This document shows, one piece after another, positions 51,097 to 64,000 of a stretch of 64,000 nucleotides of DNA. Made by a program: the position numbers and the translations under genes. Source of the stretch: Lepidodermella squamata. Taxonomy: Eukaryota; Animalia; Gastrotricha. The stretch spans positions 682,001 through 746,000 of the forward strand of contig JBLDXI010000033.1 in NCBI GenBank assembly GCA_047495785.1, in the 5' to 3' direction. Numbering within the stretch: the first letter of the stretch is position 1; every line of letters begins with the position of its first letter. A model generated the notes under the pieces. That model saw only the letters and a program-made list of their open reading frames with translations. It ran no database searches and was not told the origin of the DNA.

Positions 51097-54000
51097 ATGA
51101 AACAAATAAAGTTTGCGATCCTACTAATTTGTTCCACGTTGCATTTTCCGTCCATCTTGAGTGGAACTTTCTTCTCTCGATTAACAGCGAAAAAAGTTCA
51201 GCCGATCTCAGGCAGCGGCCTATCTGATTTGTCATCTCTGACTTCTCGAACCATCAACTCAGTCAGCGAGCCGAATGTTTGCGCTGCCCATTGCTCAAAG
51301 GACCAGAGTTGCGAAACGGCAATGTTGCAAATTTCAACGAAAAAGTGTACCCTGTTAACGGCACCGGCTACAGGCTCGAGACAGGTCGAAACTGTCGATA
51401 ATGCTGATTTTATAACCTTCAGCGTTGCACCTGCAAGCACGGCCTCTCGAACAGCCCAATACACTAGCTTGCAAAATGTTACCTACTACTTTGGGGCGAT
51501 AAAAGAAGCATCCAGAAAACGTAAGAGCTATTAATGCAATGTTGGGGATTTTTTCAACATTTTCGTCGTAGCGAGTTGTTGGGACATGTACGATCCTAAT
51601 GCCCCCAACTTTTATGTGGAGGAACTTGGAGTAAGCAACAACAACCTTGGCGACCTTGCTTTTAGCTCGAGTTCGACCAAGGCGAGTACAATGGCCGCGT
51701 TCAGCAATCCAGCTCCGATGGCACGACTAGGCTCGGCCACGTTCTTCTGCTGGAAAGCAAATGTCACTAATTTGGCGAATGAATGGCTGAAGTTCGACAT
51801 GCAAAGCTTTGTCTGGGTCACTTCGATCAGCTACCGAAGCCGCGGTGCTAATGAATTTTGGCAGTCAATAAGACTTGAGTACAGCTACGACGATTACTAC
51901 TACAAACGCTTGTTCACAGGATCAGGCTTAGACAAAGTTTCTTTTAATAGCTGAAATTTGACTTATCTATTAACTCTGAAAATTCTGCAGATATTAGACA
52001 CGTCGACATCTGGAGCTTCAACTATACGAGTGGATTTGCATAGGCCTTTCCTGGCAAAGTTCATTCGAATCATTCCGAATGCAGATACTAACCCGGTTCA
52101 ACCTTATCGATGCATGCAGTTTTCGTTTTCTGGCTGCTCAGCCACTTGCACAGGTATGCTTTTCATCTAATCATAATGATTACTGAACATCCATATTTCA
52201 TGCAGAACTCTTGAGCGACGGTTCGGTGGAGCTGCAAAATGCGTTTTCGTGGGATACGTCTAAACAGATGACATCATTGGGGGAAACTTTGAGAATTGGA
52301 TTATTTGACCTTGGAAAACCAACTTTGGTTAACGGCATTCAGATCGAGGGCTGCACGCAAGGAAATCTTGTCAGTCAGTTCTCTGTGCAATACAAAATCT
52401 CAGCTACAGATCAATGGATCGATGCGGCAACCGACGCCGGTTCACAGGTTAGAAAAATATTTCTTCTTCATATATTATTCATTTCGAACCAATATACCTA
52501 AAAAAGACATTCCCCGGGAATCCTGACGCTATCAGTCCAGTGACTTCCTTTTTCCAAAACCGTCCATTAGCCGCGCAATATTTCAAAATAATTCCGGCGC
52601 TTTTTTCGGGCTTTGTCTGCTATGAAGTTCGACTGCTCGGTTGCAAGTCGAACCGGGTTGGCGGATTCATGAAAAATCTTGCTCGCGGGGCTCCGGTAAC
52701 GTTCTACCCTCAAGCGGAACCGGCCAACACTCCGATGACCCTCTCGCCGCCCTCGGCTATAACCACCCCTCGACGTGGACCTGCGATGAGCAATATCCAA
52801 AACTGTTCGAAATTGGCAATCAATGTCACTCAGCCAGTAACAGCTGATCAATTTATGGCAACAATCGATCTTGGCTCTAGTCGGACATTCAGTTCGGTGA
52901 CAATAACCACAGTCAACCAAGCTATCCCTGCGATACTATGTCCGGACAGTCTCTGGCTATTCTCAATACTAACTGGCGGGGATGACTTGTCGATGAACGG
53001 AAACCATGCGGTCATTGGCGCAGCTATTGGCTACGGAGACGGGCCTGATGGTAGGCCCTATGGATCGATATCATTTCCAGGCGGGTTAACTCGCAATGTT
53101 TTGCTACCCCTGCAGGGTTTGGAGATCGATTTGACAAATGGATGGTCCTGGTTTACTTGGGCTTACATACTGCCAGCGACTGCAGAGTCAGCGTTATTTC
53201 AAACCAACGTTGGACCGTGAGTTTCAATAACTATTTTAGATTAACGATAATTAGTTATCGAGTAATCTTAGTGGCCTCTATGGTTGGCGAGCAATTATCT
53301 ACTCCGGAGGGATCTTGTCAGTACAATACATAACAACACCTGATCTGCAGTGGACAACCAATGTGACAGTTCCACTCTCTCGTTGGTCTTTTATTGGCTT
53401 CACTTTAGATTGCCGCAGTGGCATAGCTCGAGTGTATGTTGATTCTTTGCCGAGCGATGTGCGATACGTTGGATGCGGAGCTAATACGGTGCCCACGGGA
53501 CCTTACGCTTTAATCGGGAGGCGAGGGCCATTAGCTGGGAGAATCGCTTGCTATCAAATTTATCGAAGACCGCTCGATCAGTCGGAGATCGTTGAGGCCT
53601 CTCTTTGCGCCTGGCAAGGTAAAAAATAATCTCTAGATAATCGACCCCATTTTTGACCAAGTTATCTTATTCAGCTCCACAGCCATTCGCCTTGTTCCCG
53701 CTTAACTGCGCTACCACTGAGCTTCTTCGAGGTACCTTAGTGATGACTGCAACTGGATCTCCTGCTTGCTCGTCAATGGATGTTTACCCATCTAGGTAAG
53801 TACATAGTGAAGTCATCAGTTTTACAATTAAAATGAACAATTCTCAAGCGCCTACACGCTAGCCCCTTCGGATACTCTTTCAATATCGAATTCTGGGTCT
53901 GAATTGGATCTTCAATACTCTTTCACAATATTGCTGCACGTGATGACCCCGGCCAATCAAACCGGCACTGTTTTTGGATGGTGGAACGGGGCGACTCCCG

Positions 54001-57000
54001 TAGCTTATTTCTCGTTGTGTCTACCGCCTTCCTGCTCTCCTGGATTTTACTTCAAATGCCGGTCGAATGCAACAGCCGTTACTGTTACTGGGCCAACTAT
54101 TCCATATAGATTCGGTCGGTGGTATCAAGTGGGCGTAATGCTGGATTACGGAACTAGGACTGGGGTGAACTTGATTTTTGAGGGTGAGATGCTAGCAAAA
54201 GCCGCTGCGGATTGCCCTCTGCAGCTGGACACATCTTCATTTCGAATTGGGAGCTCGACTTTTGGAGGTTCAGTTGCTTGCTTACTGATATTCAAACACG
54301 GGTTGACTGAACGGCAACTTCTGACTGCTCGGCGCTGCCCTATGACCAGCATCCCAGCCATGGAAGCTGGTCTGTATAACACTTATGATAACATGCTGAA
54401 TTTCGATCAGCTAAATGATAATGCTAATCTCTACACGGTAAATGGCGTGCCTATTACGAATTTATATGCCATGCCATTCTTGAAAAACCACTCAGTCGCA
54501 ACATTCAACTCCCAGCCCTCTACCCGCTTAGAGGGGCCTTTACCACTAGCCGGGACGTACCAAGCACTGTCCTACACTATGGCCGCCTTTTACTATCAAG
54601 TATTCACCGGGGACTGGCGACTGTTCCTGGTATCTCAGTCGGATGCTGGCGGGCTGAAGATGTATACTTTCGGCACTGATCGCGTCAATATGCGCTATTG
54701 GACCTCATGCGTTGGCGAGCAGAATTGGGATGTTGCTGGGTTGGTAGTCACTAATGAATGGAGACACTATGCACTAACCGTGGACCAAGTCGGCAATAGT
54801 CAAAGGCATAAGTTTTACGTGAATGGCGCCCTGCGATATTCGCAAAACATTACATCGCCCTATTGCCCAAACACGACTAACCCCGGGCGGATCTACGTTT
54901 CAGTAAGCTCATTTACTGTATAAAGCGATGTGATTGAAAAAGTCCGTATCCTTGAAAGGACACAACGTACGACTGGGCTGCGGTCTGCGGCGGTATGGCC
55001 TATGTCATTGCCTATCAGTCCACTTTGGAACAGATGCTTGTCAGCGAAATTTACTCTCAGAGTCCGCCCCCTTCGAGGCGTAATCAATCGTGCAATCTTT
55101 CTCTTAAATTATTCTTTGAATTCTGTTCATAGTTCAAGGACATGCCTGTTTCAATGATATAACATCAATAAGCGAGGGTACCTACACTTTTTCTTCGATA
55201 CAAAATATCGGGGGCTACAATCGGTCGAATTTCTGGTTGAATAGTGATGGCCCTGCTGCTAGTTGGATTCCTAACACCAATGACGATAGTGAATACTTCC
55301 GCGTTTACTTCTCCGAGGCAGTTGTGTTCACTGCGGTCGGAACCCAGGGAGATTCAAGCACTGGAAGATATGTGACAAAATTCAAAATTGCATACGCAAA
55401 TGATTACCGCACAGTTTGGAACTATCAAGGAGATCGATATACCGGGACCGCCCAGAAAACATTTACTGGTAACAATGATACTGACACAATTGTGTGGAAT
55501 CACTTCCGACCATACATCGTCGCCAGATATATCAAGTTGATTCCACTGGATTGGTCATCTGCAGGAATTGGCTTGAGGATTTCCATAAGGGGCTGTCACA
55601 GTAATTGTTTGCGGTAAAAAAATAATCCTACGCAATTCTTGTTTTTCACACAGACATGTTTTGCAACACTAATCTCATGGACGATACTGTGGTATTTTCC
55701 GCCTCATCAGCTGTAGATACATTAAACTTTATAAGGGGCTGCTATATCAACTCGCCATACCCGTGGACAGCAACCCCTGATGACCAATCACCTTTCATTC
55801 AATTCCAATTTCCAAACTTCAAGCTAATCACGGCTAGCGTCGTCCAGGGTGGAGTTTCTGGTTCTTGGATTCGTAAGTATCACTTGAGAACCACATCAGA
55901 CCGGATTTTCAACTGGAAAGGCTACACCTGGCAGAATGGTTCTTTGCGAATTTTCGATGGGCCTAATGTCACGAATGGCATTCAAACGAATTACATGAAG
56001 CCAGCAGTACCGACTAAAGGCATTCGGTTGGTCGTAGAAGATTACTTCACGTCCGTGTCTGGTCGCTTTTGGTTTCTCGGCTGCTGGCTGACAAATTTTG
56101 AACAGCCACGGCCATTCGTTGCGATTAGAAGCGGGGACACATTCCCAACTAACAACCAAGTGGTTGCTACTCATCCATTGCGAGGATCAGGCATGTCGAT
56201 GATGTTGGGTAGCGGTATTTTCAATCAACGGCTGGTTTTACTGCAATCGCCGGCCACCTCTAGATACATCACCATTCTGGCTGATCGGCCTTATACCGAA
56301 CTAACACTCTGCCAAGTCAGCGTAAATTATGACAACGGGACAAATTTGGCTTTGTATCAAAAGGTTACTGTTTCCCCTGATGTGACAACCTATAGCAATG
56401 CTTCTCTGACTGATGGACTCATCACGTCAGCTGCGGCTGTGCTCAGCGCGACGTCATCGTGGTTCTATGTCGATCTGGGCGCGCAAACGCCAGTGTCGAA
56501 AGTCGAGTTACTAGGCCAAGCGAGCGGGAATTGGATAGCCAGCTATGCCGTCAGCATTTTGGGAGCTTCGGGATGTTCACCGACGAGTCTGAATATAACC
56601 TGCTCTGGTACGAGAGTAATCTATCCCCAAATGGCTTATTGGGGTACATCGACTGACTGTGGGGGGCCAAATGGAGCCTGCCCACAAGTTAACAATCCAA
56701 CGCTTTTCGCAGGGATTATGGATGCCTGCTACAAGAAGCAGAGCTGCTCTGTTGCGAATAATGGCACTGTTTTCGGCAGCTACGCCGTTGATCCCTGCCC
56801 AGGATTAGCGAAATATAGCACCATCAGATATAGTTGCATGGAAGGTGAGTTTAAAGTTACCGTTCAGACAAAAATCGAAAAATTCCTCATTTATGCAGAT
56901 GAGGATGAAAACCCTGGCCTGGAAGTTAGGGTTGGAAATAACGTCAATGACTTCACCTCAAATGCGATATGCAGTTTCCATTCCTTGGCTGACAATTATG

Positions 57001-57119
57001 TTCTTTTTGCTTTCACAAATTTTGAATTGTACTGCACCCCGCCAATCACGGGGCGTTATGTTTTCGTTGCTAAAAAATGGAGCACCGCTCTCGCATTAAC
57101 CGAAATTCGAGTTTACTAG
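51097..57119 (+). CDS. Large secreted mosaic lectin-like protein: PAN/apple, several F5/8C (discoidin), LamG/pentraxin-like, F-type lectin-like and SUEL-like domains
   Basis: Signal peptide; CAAHC....SC (PAN); AVGTQG...YVTKFKIAY, ARYIKLIP..W...LR (F5/8C); WRHYALT...FYVNG (LamG); C..KQSCSV.....FG...DPCPG..KY....YSC (SUEL); EVRVGN...C, GRYV (F-lectin-like). Confidence 0.8.
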
Positions 57120-57872
57120 CTTAGCCTCAGGAATATTCTTCATCTACCAAATCTCCTTTTGGGTGGGATTATAATTTCTGAAATCGACCTGTTGCTCACC
57201 TGTGCAAAACATAAATTGACAATTTGTTGACCTGCTTCTGGGACATTTTGTTTTTCGAAATTTCTGAGCTTCTAGATTACCCATTCCCTTTCGTAAAAAT
57301 TATTGACGCGTTGCCCATGATGAGGCGCATCTTTTGACACCGAGCTTGCCTAGTCTCGTGAACACCTGCCACAGGTGAGATTTTCCTGTGTGAAAAAGGC
57401 ACACCTGGCTCGGCTCCCTGAGTCATTTTTCTATTCGAGTTAGTAATTGTGTCAAATGAAATGTATTGGCCCACAAATATTTTGAAAGTTCCGAACCGAG
57501 AGCTACGGCAAGAAAGAATGTCTCTTTTTGATTATACCTAGACATTTCTACTTCAATCGACAATTGAAAATTGGCAATTGACTTTCGATTGCTGCTTTTC
57601 TATTTATTGCTGTGGATCTGAAAATAAAACGTTACTATACTCAATGGTAGGAGTTCTGATACATTAAAATCATAATAAAAATTTAGTTTAATATTCATTT
57701 AATTCCTTTATTATTGAAAATAATAATAATGGTGTGCAACTCAAGTTGAAGCTGTCTTGAACTTCAATTTATTATTGTCTCGTGAATGAAGACTTCGGCT
57801 GACCATCGTAGATGATTGAACTAGACCTTAATCTCAAAATGGATCTATTTTAAGGCTGCGGCTTCGGATGGG

Positions 57873-59731
57873 TCAAAATATTAAAACTTCAGTGTAATTA
57901 TAAATCCAGGCATCCGTTTCGGCTTGTTCGCTCCTGATTTTCCAAGTTGCCATCGACAGCCATACGTAATTCAGCCCCAGAACCGTGATGTAACTTTTCA
58001 AAACAAATTTCAGGAAAATATAATAAATAACGAAAAAGCATTATACCAAGCGAGAAATCCGTCGTTTAACTGCTGGGATGAAATGCTGAATCTTGACCAA
58101 CAAGTTCGATTTTTCCAAACTGCCTGCAGGTCAGGAATTATAGCTTCGGTAAGGCGACGTTTGGTTTTTTCATGAGCCGCTCTTCTCTCAATAACCGCGC
58201 ACATAACACTAGCTATTATGCCCGTTGCTATGACAACGACGTAGAAAATGGTCAACAACGGGATGTTCTCACTAGCTTGGGGTGTGACATCCGTAAAATT
58301 GAGGAGCAATAAAAAATACGACAAAATCCCAGTGAGGATGGTTTGAAGCTTCTCCGACGAATGGCTAGGCAAAACGAAAGCCAACACCGTTGTTATCGAT
58401 ATTAAAAACGTGGGAACAATCAGCGTCCAAATGTAGAAACTAGGCCGCCGTTCTAGTCGGAAGCCGATTTCGATGCCGGATACATTACGAGAATGAGGTA
58501 TTTTCCCGAGCTGGCCTGTTAGAGACCACAAAGGATGGGAGACATTCTCATTCCAGAGGAGAAGAGCCTGGTCAGGGCCGTAGACGTAATATTGAAGCTC
58601 TTCGAAAAAATAATGAGGGGACCTAAAAATTTAACATTTTAATTTGCTCAATTTTTTCAATTTTTCTAATACCTAATGGAGATTTTGCAGTTCTGGCTGT
58701 CGAACGGGAAGGCTTGCATGTTAAACTGGCACTGTAATAAAGCATTTGACCTAATTTGAATACGAGTATATTTCGTCCTCACATTAATAATCATTCTGAA
58801 GGATGTGACCCAATTAATCACGCTGCGATTATGAACGACGATAGGGAATTTTTCCCAAGCCTCGTAGTAGAGCGTTCGATCGGCGCTGTTTTCGATCGTC
58901 CACAGCGGGAACCAGACGAGGTCGGAAAAATGCGGAACGGTAAATACAACCTCGGCGCAATCGTCCTTAGTCGCATTCAACAACCGCCGATCTCGCCAAC
59001 TATAAGGCATAATTTCTGGAAATATTCTGGAAATAAATCGATAAATACCTCATCTCAATTACACTGCTCAAGGTAACAGTTTGATCGCGCTCGTTCACTA
59101 AAAATCACAGAAATTAATCCGAATTACCAAAGGTAACGACCTTACCTTCGTAGATATTGGTAACAAGGAACATGACAGATACTTTGACGGGTAAATTCGG
59201 CAGGGTTTTCGAGAAAATTTCCTTATTTTCCTGAAGAAATTTCGCGAATTCTAAATTGCACTTTTTGATATGATCCAGTCGCTCTAGCTGCTCGGCATTG
59301 GGTTCTGTGAAATCCGAAAATGGCATGTAACCCTGGCGGAATTCTTCCTCGTAGCTCAAAACCGGCTCCTCGGGATTTTCTGGTTCGCCTGTAAGTGCTG
59401 CATACACTGTAGGTTCAGGCGTATTCACGGTCGCAACAAGACTGGACAAATCGATCGACTTCTTATCAGAATTTTCCTGAATTTTCGTTTGGTTAGTTGG
59501 GGCAGGTTGGTTTCTAGTAGTTGGAACGTCCTCAATTTGACTCGGCTCTTCTTCATCGAAGTCGTAAAATACGATTGTAGGCACCGATGTACTGGTTGTA
59601 GCATTCTCGGACTGGGATTTTCGCGAATTTTTACCGCAAACCAGTTCGTTGAAGTCGATAAATAACGCTGCTAAAAACAGCCAGCTTAAAGCGAGCATGG
59701 CTAAAATAAAAAAACATATCTCTAATTTCAT
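57873..59731 (-). CDS. Cys-loop LGIC subunit type D copy 5
   Basis: CQFNMQAFPFDSQNC, SSEKLQTILTGILSYF; start may instead be 59698. Confidence 0.88.
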
Positions 59732-60405
59732 CGATTTCTCAGTTTCTAAGGGAGCAAATTCAAGTTGTCTAATCAAGTTGAGAAAGTTTTAACACCCAAG
59801 GCAGCTTTTAAACTGATTGATCCAGCTATAAGTTGAGTGATTTTTTCCAGATTTTGTCTTAGATGAAATAAAATAGAGCGTTGAGCAATTTTATTCTGTA
59901 ATCTTTTCATTAAATTAGCAACTACATTTTCCCGATGATAATTCGATTCCAGTTGACTGCTTGAGCGTTGTTATGGACGTCATTGTATTAAAAAAGAATC
60001 GTATCAAAATTTTGCAAGTCAGAACAAGTGATTTCAGTGGGAGAATTCCCGCGGGGCGTGTCCATTTTTTTATGCGCATCGAATGATTATTAGAGTCTGC
60101 TACTTATGTATCATCGAAAATGAACTGAAGGTCGGCCGAAAATCGCTGAAAAATCTGGAGCGCGATGGCTGCGGAATTGAATACAAATTTAAACTCATAA
60201 ACCAAATATAATAAAAAATTGAAATTAATCATCTTCTCCTTTTATTATTTTCCTGTAATTTGAGGTGACAAATCGATGCAAGATAAATTCGTTCAATTAT
60301 TGAATAAAAAATAGTAATTAACGACTGTAATTTCACCTATCAGCACTAAAATAACGTGAGATGATGAACGCAGCTTGAATCGGTCATAAAAATCTGTGTT
60401 TACGA

Positions 60406-62071
60406 ATGATGGTTCCTATAATTTTTTGCTATTTATTACCTACGCATTACCTTCAGTGCAACAGCAGCAATCCGCCTGCCGAAATGGCACCTGATGACAC
60501 TTTTCCAATCCAAAATATCCGAATCATCGGAACTAAACTATCCAACTTCGATAAAATCAGCCCCGATCTGGCGAAGACGACTGGTGCTGAATCGATTGAA
60601 GTTATTACGACGCGATCCAGGGATGAAGAGCACGAAAGCAGCTGCGATATAGCTGTCGCTGAATTTTTGGAACTGAATAAATTCAGGCTTTCAAAAACAC
60701 AACCATCGTTTCCAATTCTTATCAGTGCCGAATTTACAATCAGAAATTTAAATTCAGGTTGAAATTCAAGGAAAAAGATAATTTGTTTATCTACTAATCT
60801 CCTATTTATTCTTGAAGTGAATGAACTGGAGCAAACAATTTCGTTGTCGGTTTTCGTCGACCTCAGGTAGAGGCTGGCATAGTTAGACTCTAATCGATTT
60901 TTTTTTATTTTTACAATGTTTAGGTGGGAGGATCGCCGTTTAAAAAATGCAACCGGGAGACTGGAAAAATGTATAGCAAAGTCCTATACAGTGCCGAATT
61001 TCGATAAATTCTTGTGGTTCCCTTATTGGACGATCGAAAACAGCGTCAAACCTACTTCATTCCACGAAGCCTGGGAAAAATATCCTGTCGTCATTTCAAA
61101 TGTAACTTCAATTGCTTGGGCTAGCAGATTTGACGTTGTGCTCAATGTAAGCTTTTCATCAGCGAATTTTTCGTAAAAAAATTTAAATTTTCAAGTGCCC
61201 ATCGACCAACACTGACTTCTTTCCTTTCGACTACAAGGTGAGAAAAATCTGATTTTTTGTATGCGCCTGTCATTTTTTAACTTAATTCATCCATAGGACT
61301 GTCCTATAATTTTCAGGTTGGAAATTATTTTTTAACCTGAAAACTTTGAGAGTTTACCCCTAGATCTCTCATGGCCGAATCGGTTCAATTTTTGCCTCGA
61401 GATAATAAAGAAACTATCGAGTTTATCTCGCATCCTTACTGGACTATATCGATCCTTTCTTCAAAATCTATACTGGAAAAATCGTTCAAGCATGAGATTT
61501 GGCTTCGATTCGAACGCCGCTCAAGCTTCTTTATGTTCGCAATCTTCCTACCGTCATTCCTCGTATCTTTTCTCCCTATTCCAGCTTTCTATCTCCGAAA
61601 TTCGATCGCAGAGAAATTGATGTTCCCAATTGCCACAATTTTTCTCCATTTTTCATCGATGATGATTTTCAATTTTTTACTTGCGGTACCATCCAATGCT
61701 GGAGTTCCGATTATAACAAACATTTTCGCTGCCAATTTATTTATCGACATCGTGTTGGCTTTACTATTCGCTGCTATTGTCCGGTTGGATACCGGAACAA
61801 AGAAAAATCGAGATTATTCGGGTGGAATGGGGAATCGAAGACTTATCCATTTACCTGCGACACTGCTCCGCCGAATTTTGAGAGAGCGACGACTGAACCA
61901 AATCTGCTTAGTCTTGTAAGAATTTTCAATGATTATTATGGCTTTCAAGATAATGCAATTCTGACTTTTAGGTACTTATTGGCTGTGTTAGGCTTGCATT
62001 TCTGGCTGTTTTTCGATCTACTTTTGAGTCGGAAGAGCCGAATGGAGTTGGACAGCAATACAATCGTGTGA
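60406..62071 (+). CDS. Highly divergent Cys-loop LGIC subunit type E (related to D)
   Basis: WEDRRL, WFPYWTIENS, EAWEKYP, FPFD, ERRSSFF, AEKL. Confidence 0.82.
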
Positions 62072-63174
62072 AATTAAATGCCAGAAGAAACAAACGTTAT
62101 AAAATTTCAAAAGCAAAGAATAGGTTTATAGGTGCTCTAAAAATAGGGCTGTGAAAATAAAAATATGCCTCCCAATTGCACGTGTAACCGCTGGGTTCTT
62201 TATCCAACAAGTCAACTCTAGTGTTTCGTCTCTACGCTTTATTATCAGCAATTATTATAACTCGACTCTAGCAATGCTACTACCTGAACTACTAGCGGTG
62301 TAACAAAGCTAATGTTCATGGTGTTTATATAGTGCTGTACCAAGCTGTTGTCTTGTTAGCGCTGCCCATAAAAGGATAGATCGGATTACCATATACGGCT
62401 TGCTTTGATCCATCGATGTTACCAAATATGGTGAGCTGTATAATTAGCTGTCGGTATCGATAATGCGAGTTGTTACCGTGTAGATTAAGCGTAGTGCGAA
62501 TGATTGACAGGTGTAGGTGCGTCGGTGCCGGTGCATTGCGTAATGCACGCACTCACAAGATATGGCTAAGTACATACACACCAAGAGCGGTAATGTTATG
62601 TCATGCGTAACAAGGTGTAAGAGAGTGTATCAAAAATACTTAGCGCGCTGAGGTTATATTCAGCCGCTACAGCTTTCCCCTTAGATGCAGCAATACTCCG
62701 CTATTGCCCAAAGGTAAGGTAAGCTAAAACGTGTAGTCAATCAAACGGGATATCATGCCAGTACTTAGTATACCATAACTCGCTTATCGTAACACACATT
62801 TCAAAGTACTTACAATACACATAAGGAGAATCATTGCGCTTTCCATCGAGGTACCGTTACTAACTTATTTCCCGGTACCATACCATACGGAGGCGTTGTG
62901 CAGACTAGGCACAAGTTATACCAACCCGATGATATGCGATCCATTGCGAACCGCCCGGAGGTCGAGCGTAGCTATAGTAGCGATTATCGGTCGTATGCCG
63001 TTGCCAAGTTTGTCAGATACCACCTGGTTGGACTAGATGCGAGCATTGAGGATGACGTTTCGCTCCTGCAAACTGAGGTATCCGAACCGAGCCCTCATTG
63101 CCTCCGCATTCGACTTCAACACGATTTGCATTTCTGTTCGCTTACTTGCTTCCGCCTCTCATTTCGGTTCCAGA

Positions 63175-63726
63175 ATGTCTGCCTTCGATCACAAGGACGA
63201 GCCCTTTGTTGAATCCTTTCCCGAGATCCTTCCCGTCTTCGCCCCGCCGCCTATCATCATCTCTAGCGGTTCTTCCTCCCCAGCGCCGGTTCCGTTGCTG
63301 ACCCCCTTGGCTGAACCACGAACACCAACGCTCGAGGTGCTGTCGCCGCCGTTGGTCGAACCTCCGACCCCGGAGTTCGAACCGACGTCGCCAACGCCTG
63401 TTTCTTCACCGATACTGCCGGTTACAACGTCGCCTACGCTGTCTCCTTCATCCGTTCGGCTTGAGGTGCGCGGGTCTACTCGCTACCCAATTGCCACAAT
63501 CGGACGTCGTGACGAGCCATTGCGTACCATCCGCCGGCAGTTGCGCCGTCAGCGCCTTGCGATATCGTATTCTCGACGGGCCGCCGCTCTTCGCCATGGT
63601 GTGCCCTATAACGAGGCTTTCACGGCGGAGGAGTTATTTCGAGCCTTTGACTCGTTGCTGACGCGGCGTGTTGGATCCCGAGCTCCTGAACCTGCTCCTC
63701 CTCTGACTCAAGACGCTGAAACCTAG
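63175..63726 (+). CDS. Intronless Pro-rich/Arg-rich hypothetical protein
   Basis: ATG at 63175, GC-rich open frame, A-tract at ~63790; no recognisable domain. Confidence 0.4.
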   Translation: MSAFDHKDEPFVESFPEILPVFAPPPIIISSGSSSPAPVPLLTPLAEPRTPTLEVLSPPLVEPPTPEFEPTSPTPVSSPILPVTTSPTLSPSSVRLEVRGSTRYPIATIGRRDEPLRTIRRQLRRQRLAISYSRRAAALRHGVPYNEAFTAEELFRAFDSLLTRRVGSRAPEPAPPLTQDAET

Positions 63727-64000
63727 ACCGAACCTATCTATCTTACCTCTTTCCGGCGCATATGATCCTTCTTTTGTGTTAACAAAACAAAAAAAAAATT
63801 CATTAGCTATTTCCACTGCATTTCCTTGTTAAAATTTTCAACTGTGTATCATGCTTTCACGGCAAATTACTGAGTACTTGTAGTTATTAATAAACACTCC
63901 ATGCAGGCATTTCAGTCTTTTATTATTCACATCGGGTTTTTAAAACGAGGTTTCTTTTACGAATTTCGCAACGAGTTGCTTTGCTGAAATGCTGCCGTCG

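Noticed and set aside
4365-61499. Numerous shadow ORFs overlapping real exons on other frames or strands
   Set aside because: No motifs; explained by overlap with the spliced genes called above

Overview
Eukaryotic (invertebrate animal-like) genomic DNA with very compact genes and mostly 50-60 nt GT-AG introns. 1-8.3 kb: housekeeping genes (ING, RECQL5, RACGAP1) and the 3' half of an ammonium transporter. 8373-18908: a 10.5-kb fold-back element with Polinton/Maverick-type termini (AGTAGT...ACTACT). It has two apparently identical 5127-bp arms around a 282-bp spacer, each arm carrying dUTPase, deoxynucleoside kinase, RING finger, PC4-like ssDNA-binding protein and the 5' part of a protein-primed PolB. 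These virus-like genes contain at least 8 host-sized spliceosomal introns. There is no target-site duplication and both flanking host genes are 5'-truncated. 18.9-62 kb: an array of 13 divergent Cys-loop ligand-gated ion channel genes lacking acetylcholine-binding residues, including a three-times duplicated, operon-like A-B pair. The array also holds a decayed LINE, two MITEs, an intron-nested U6/tRNA-Asp/U3 cluster, a small secreted orphan and a large mosaic multi-lectin gene. All calls were made by eye from motifs and splice sites; no searches were run.
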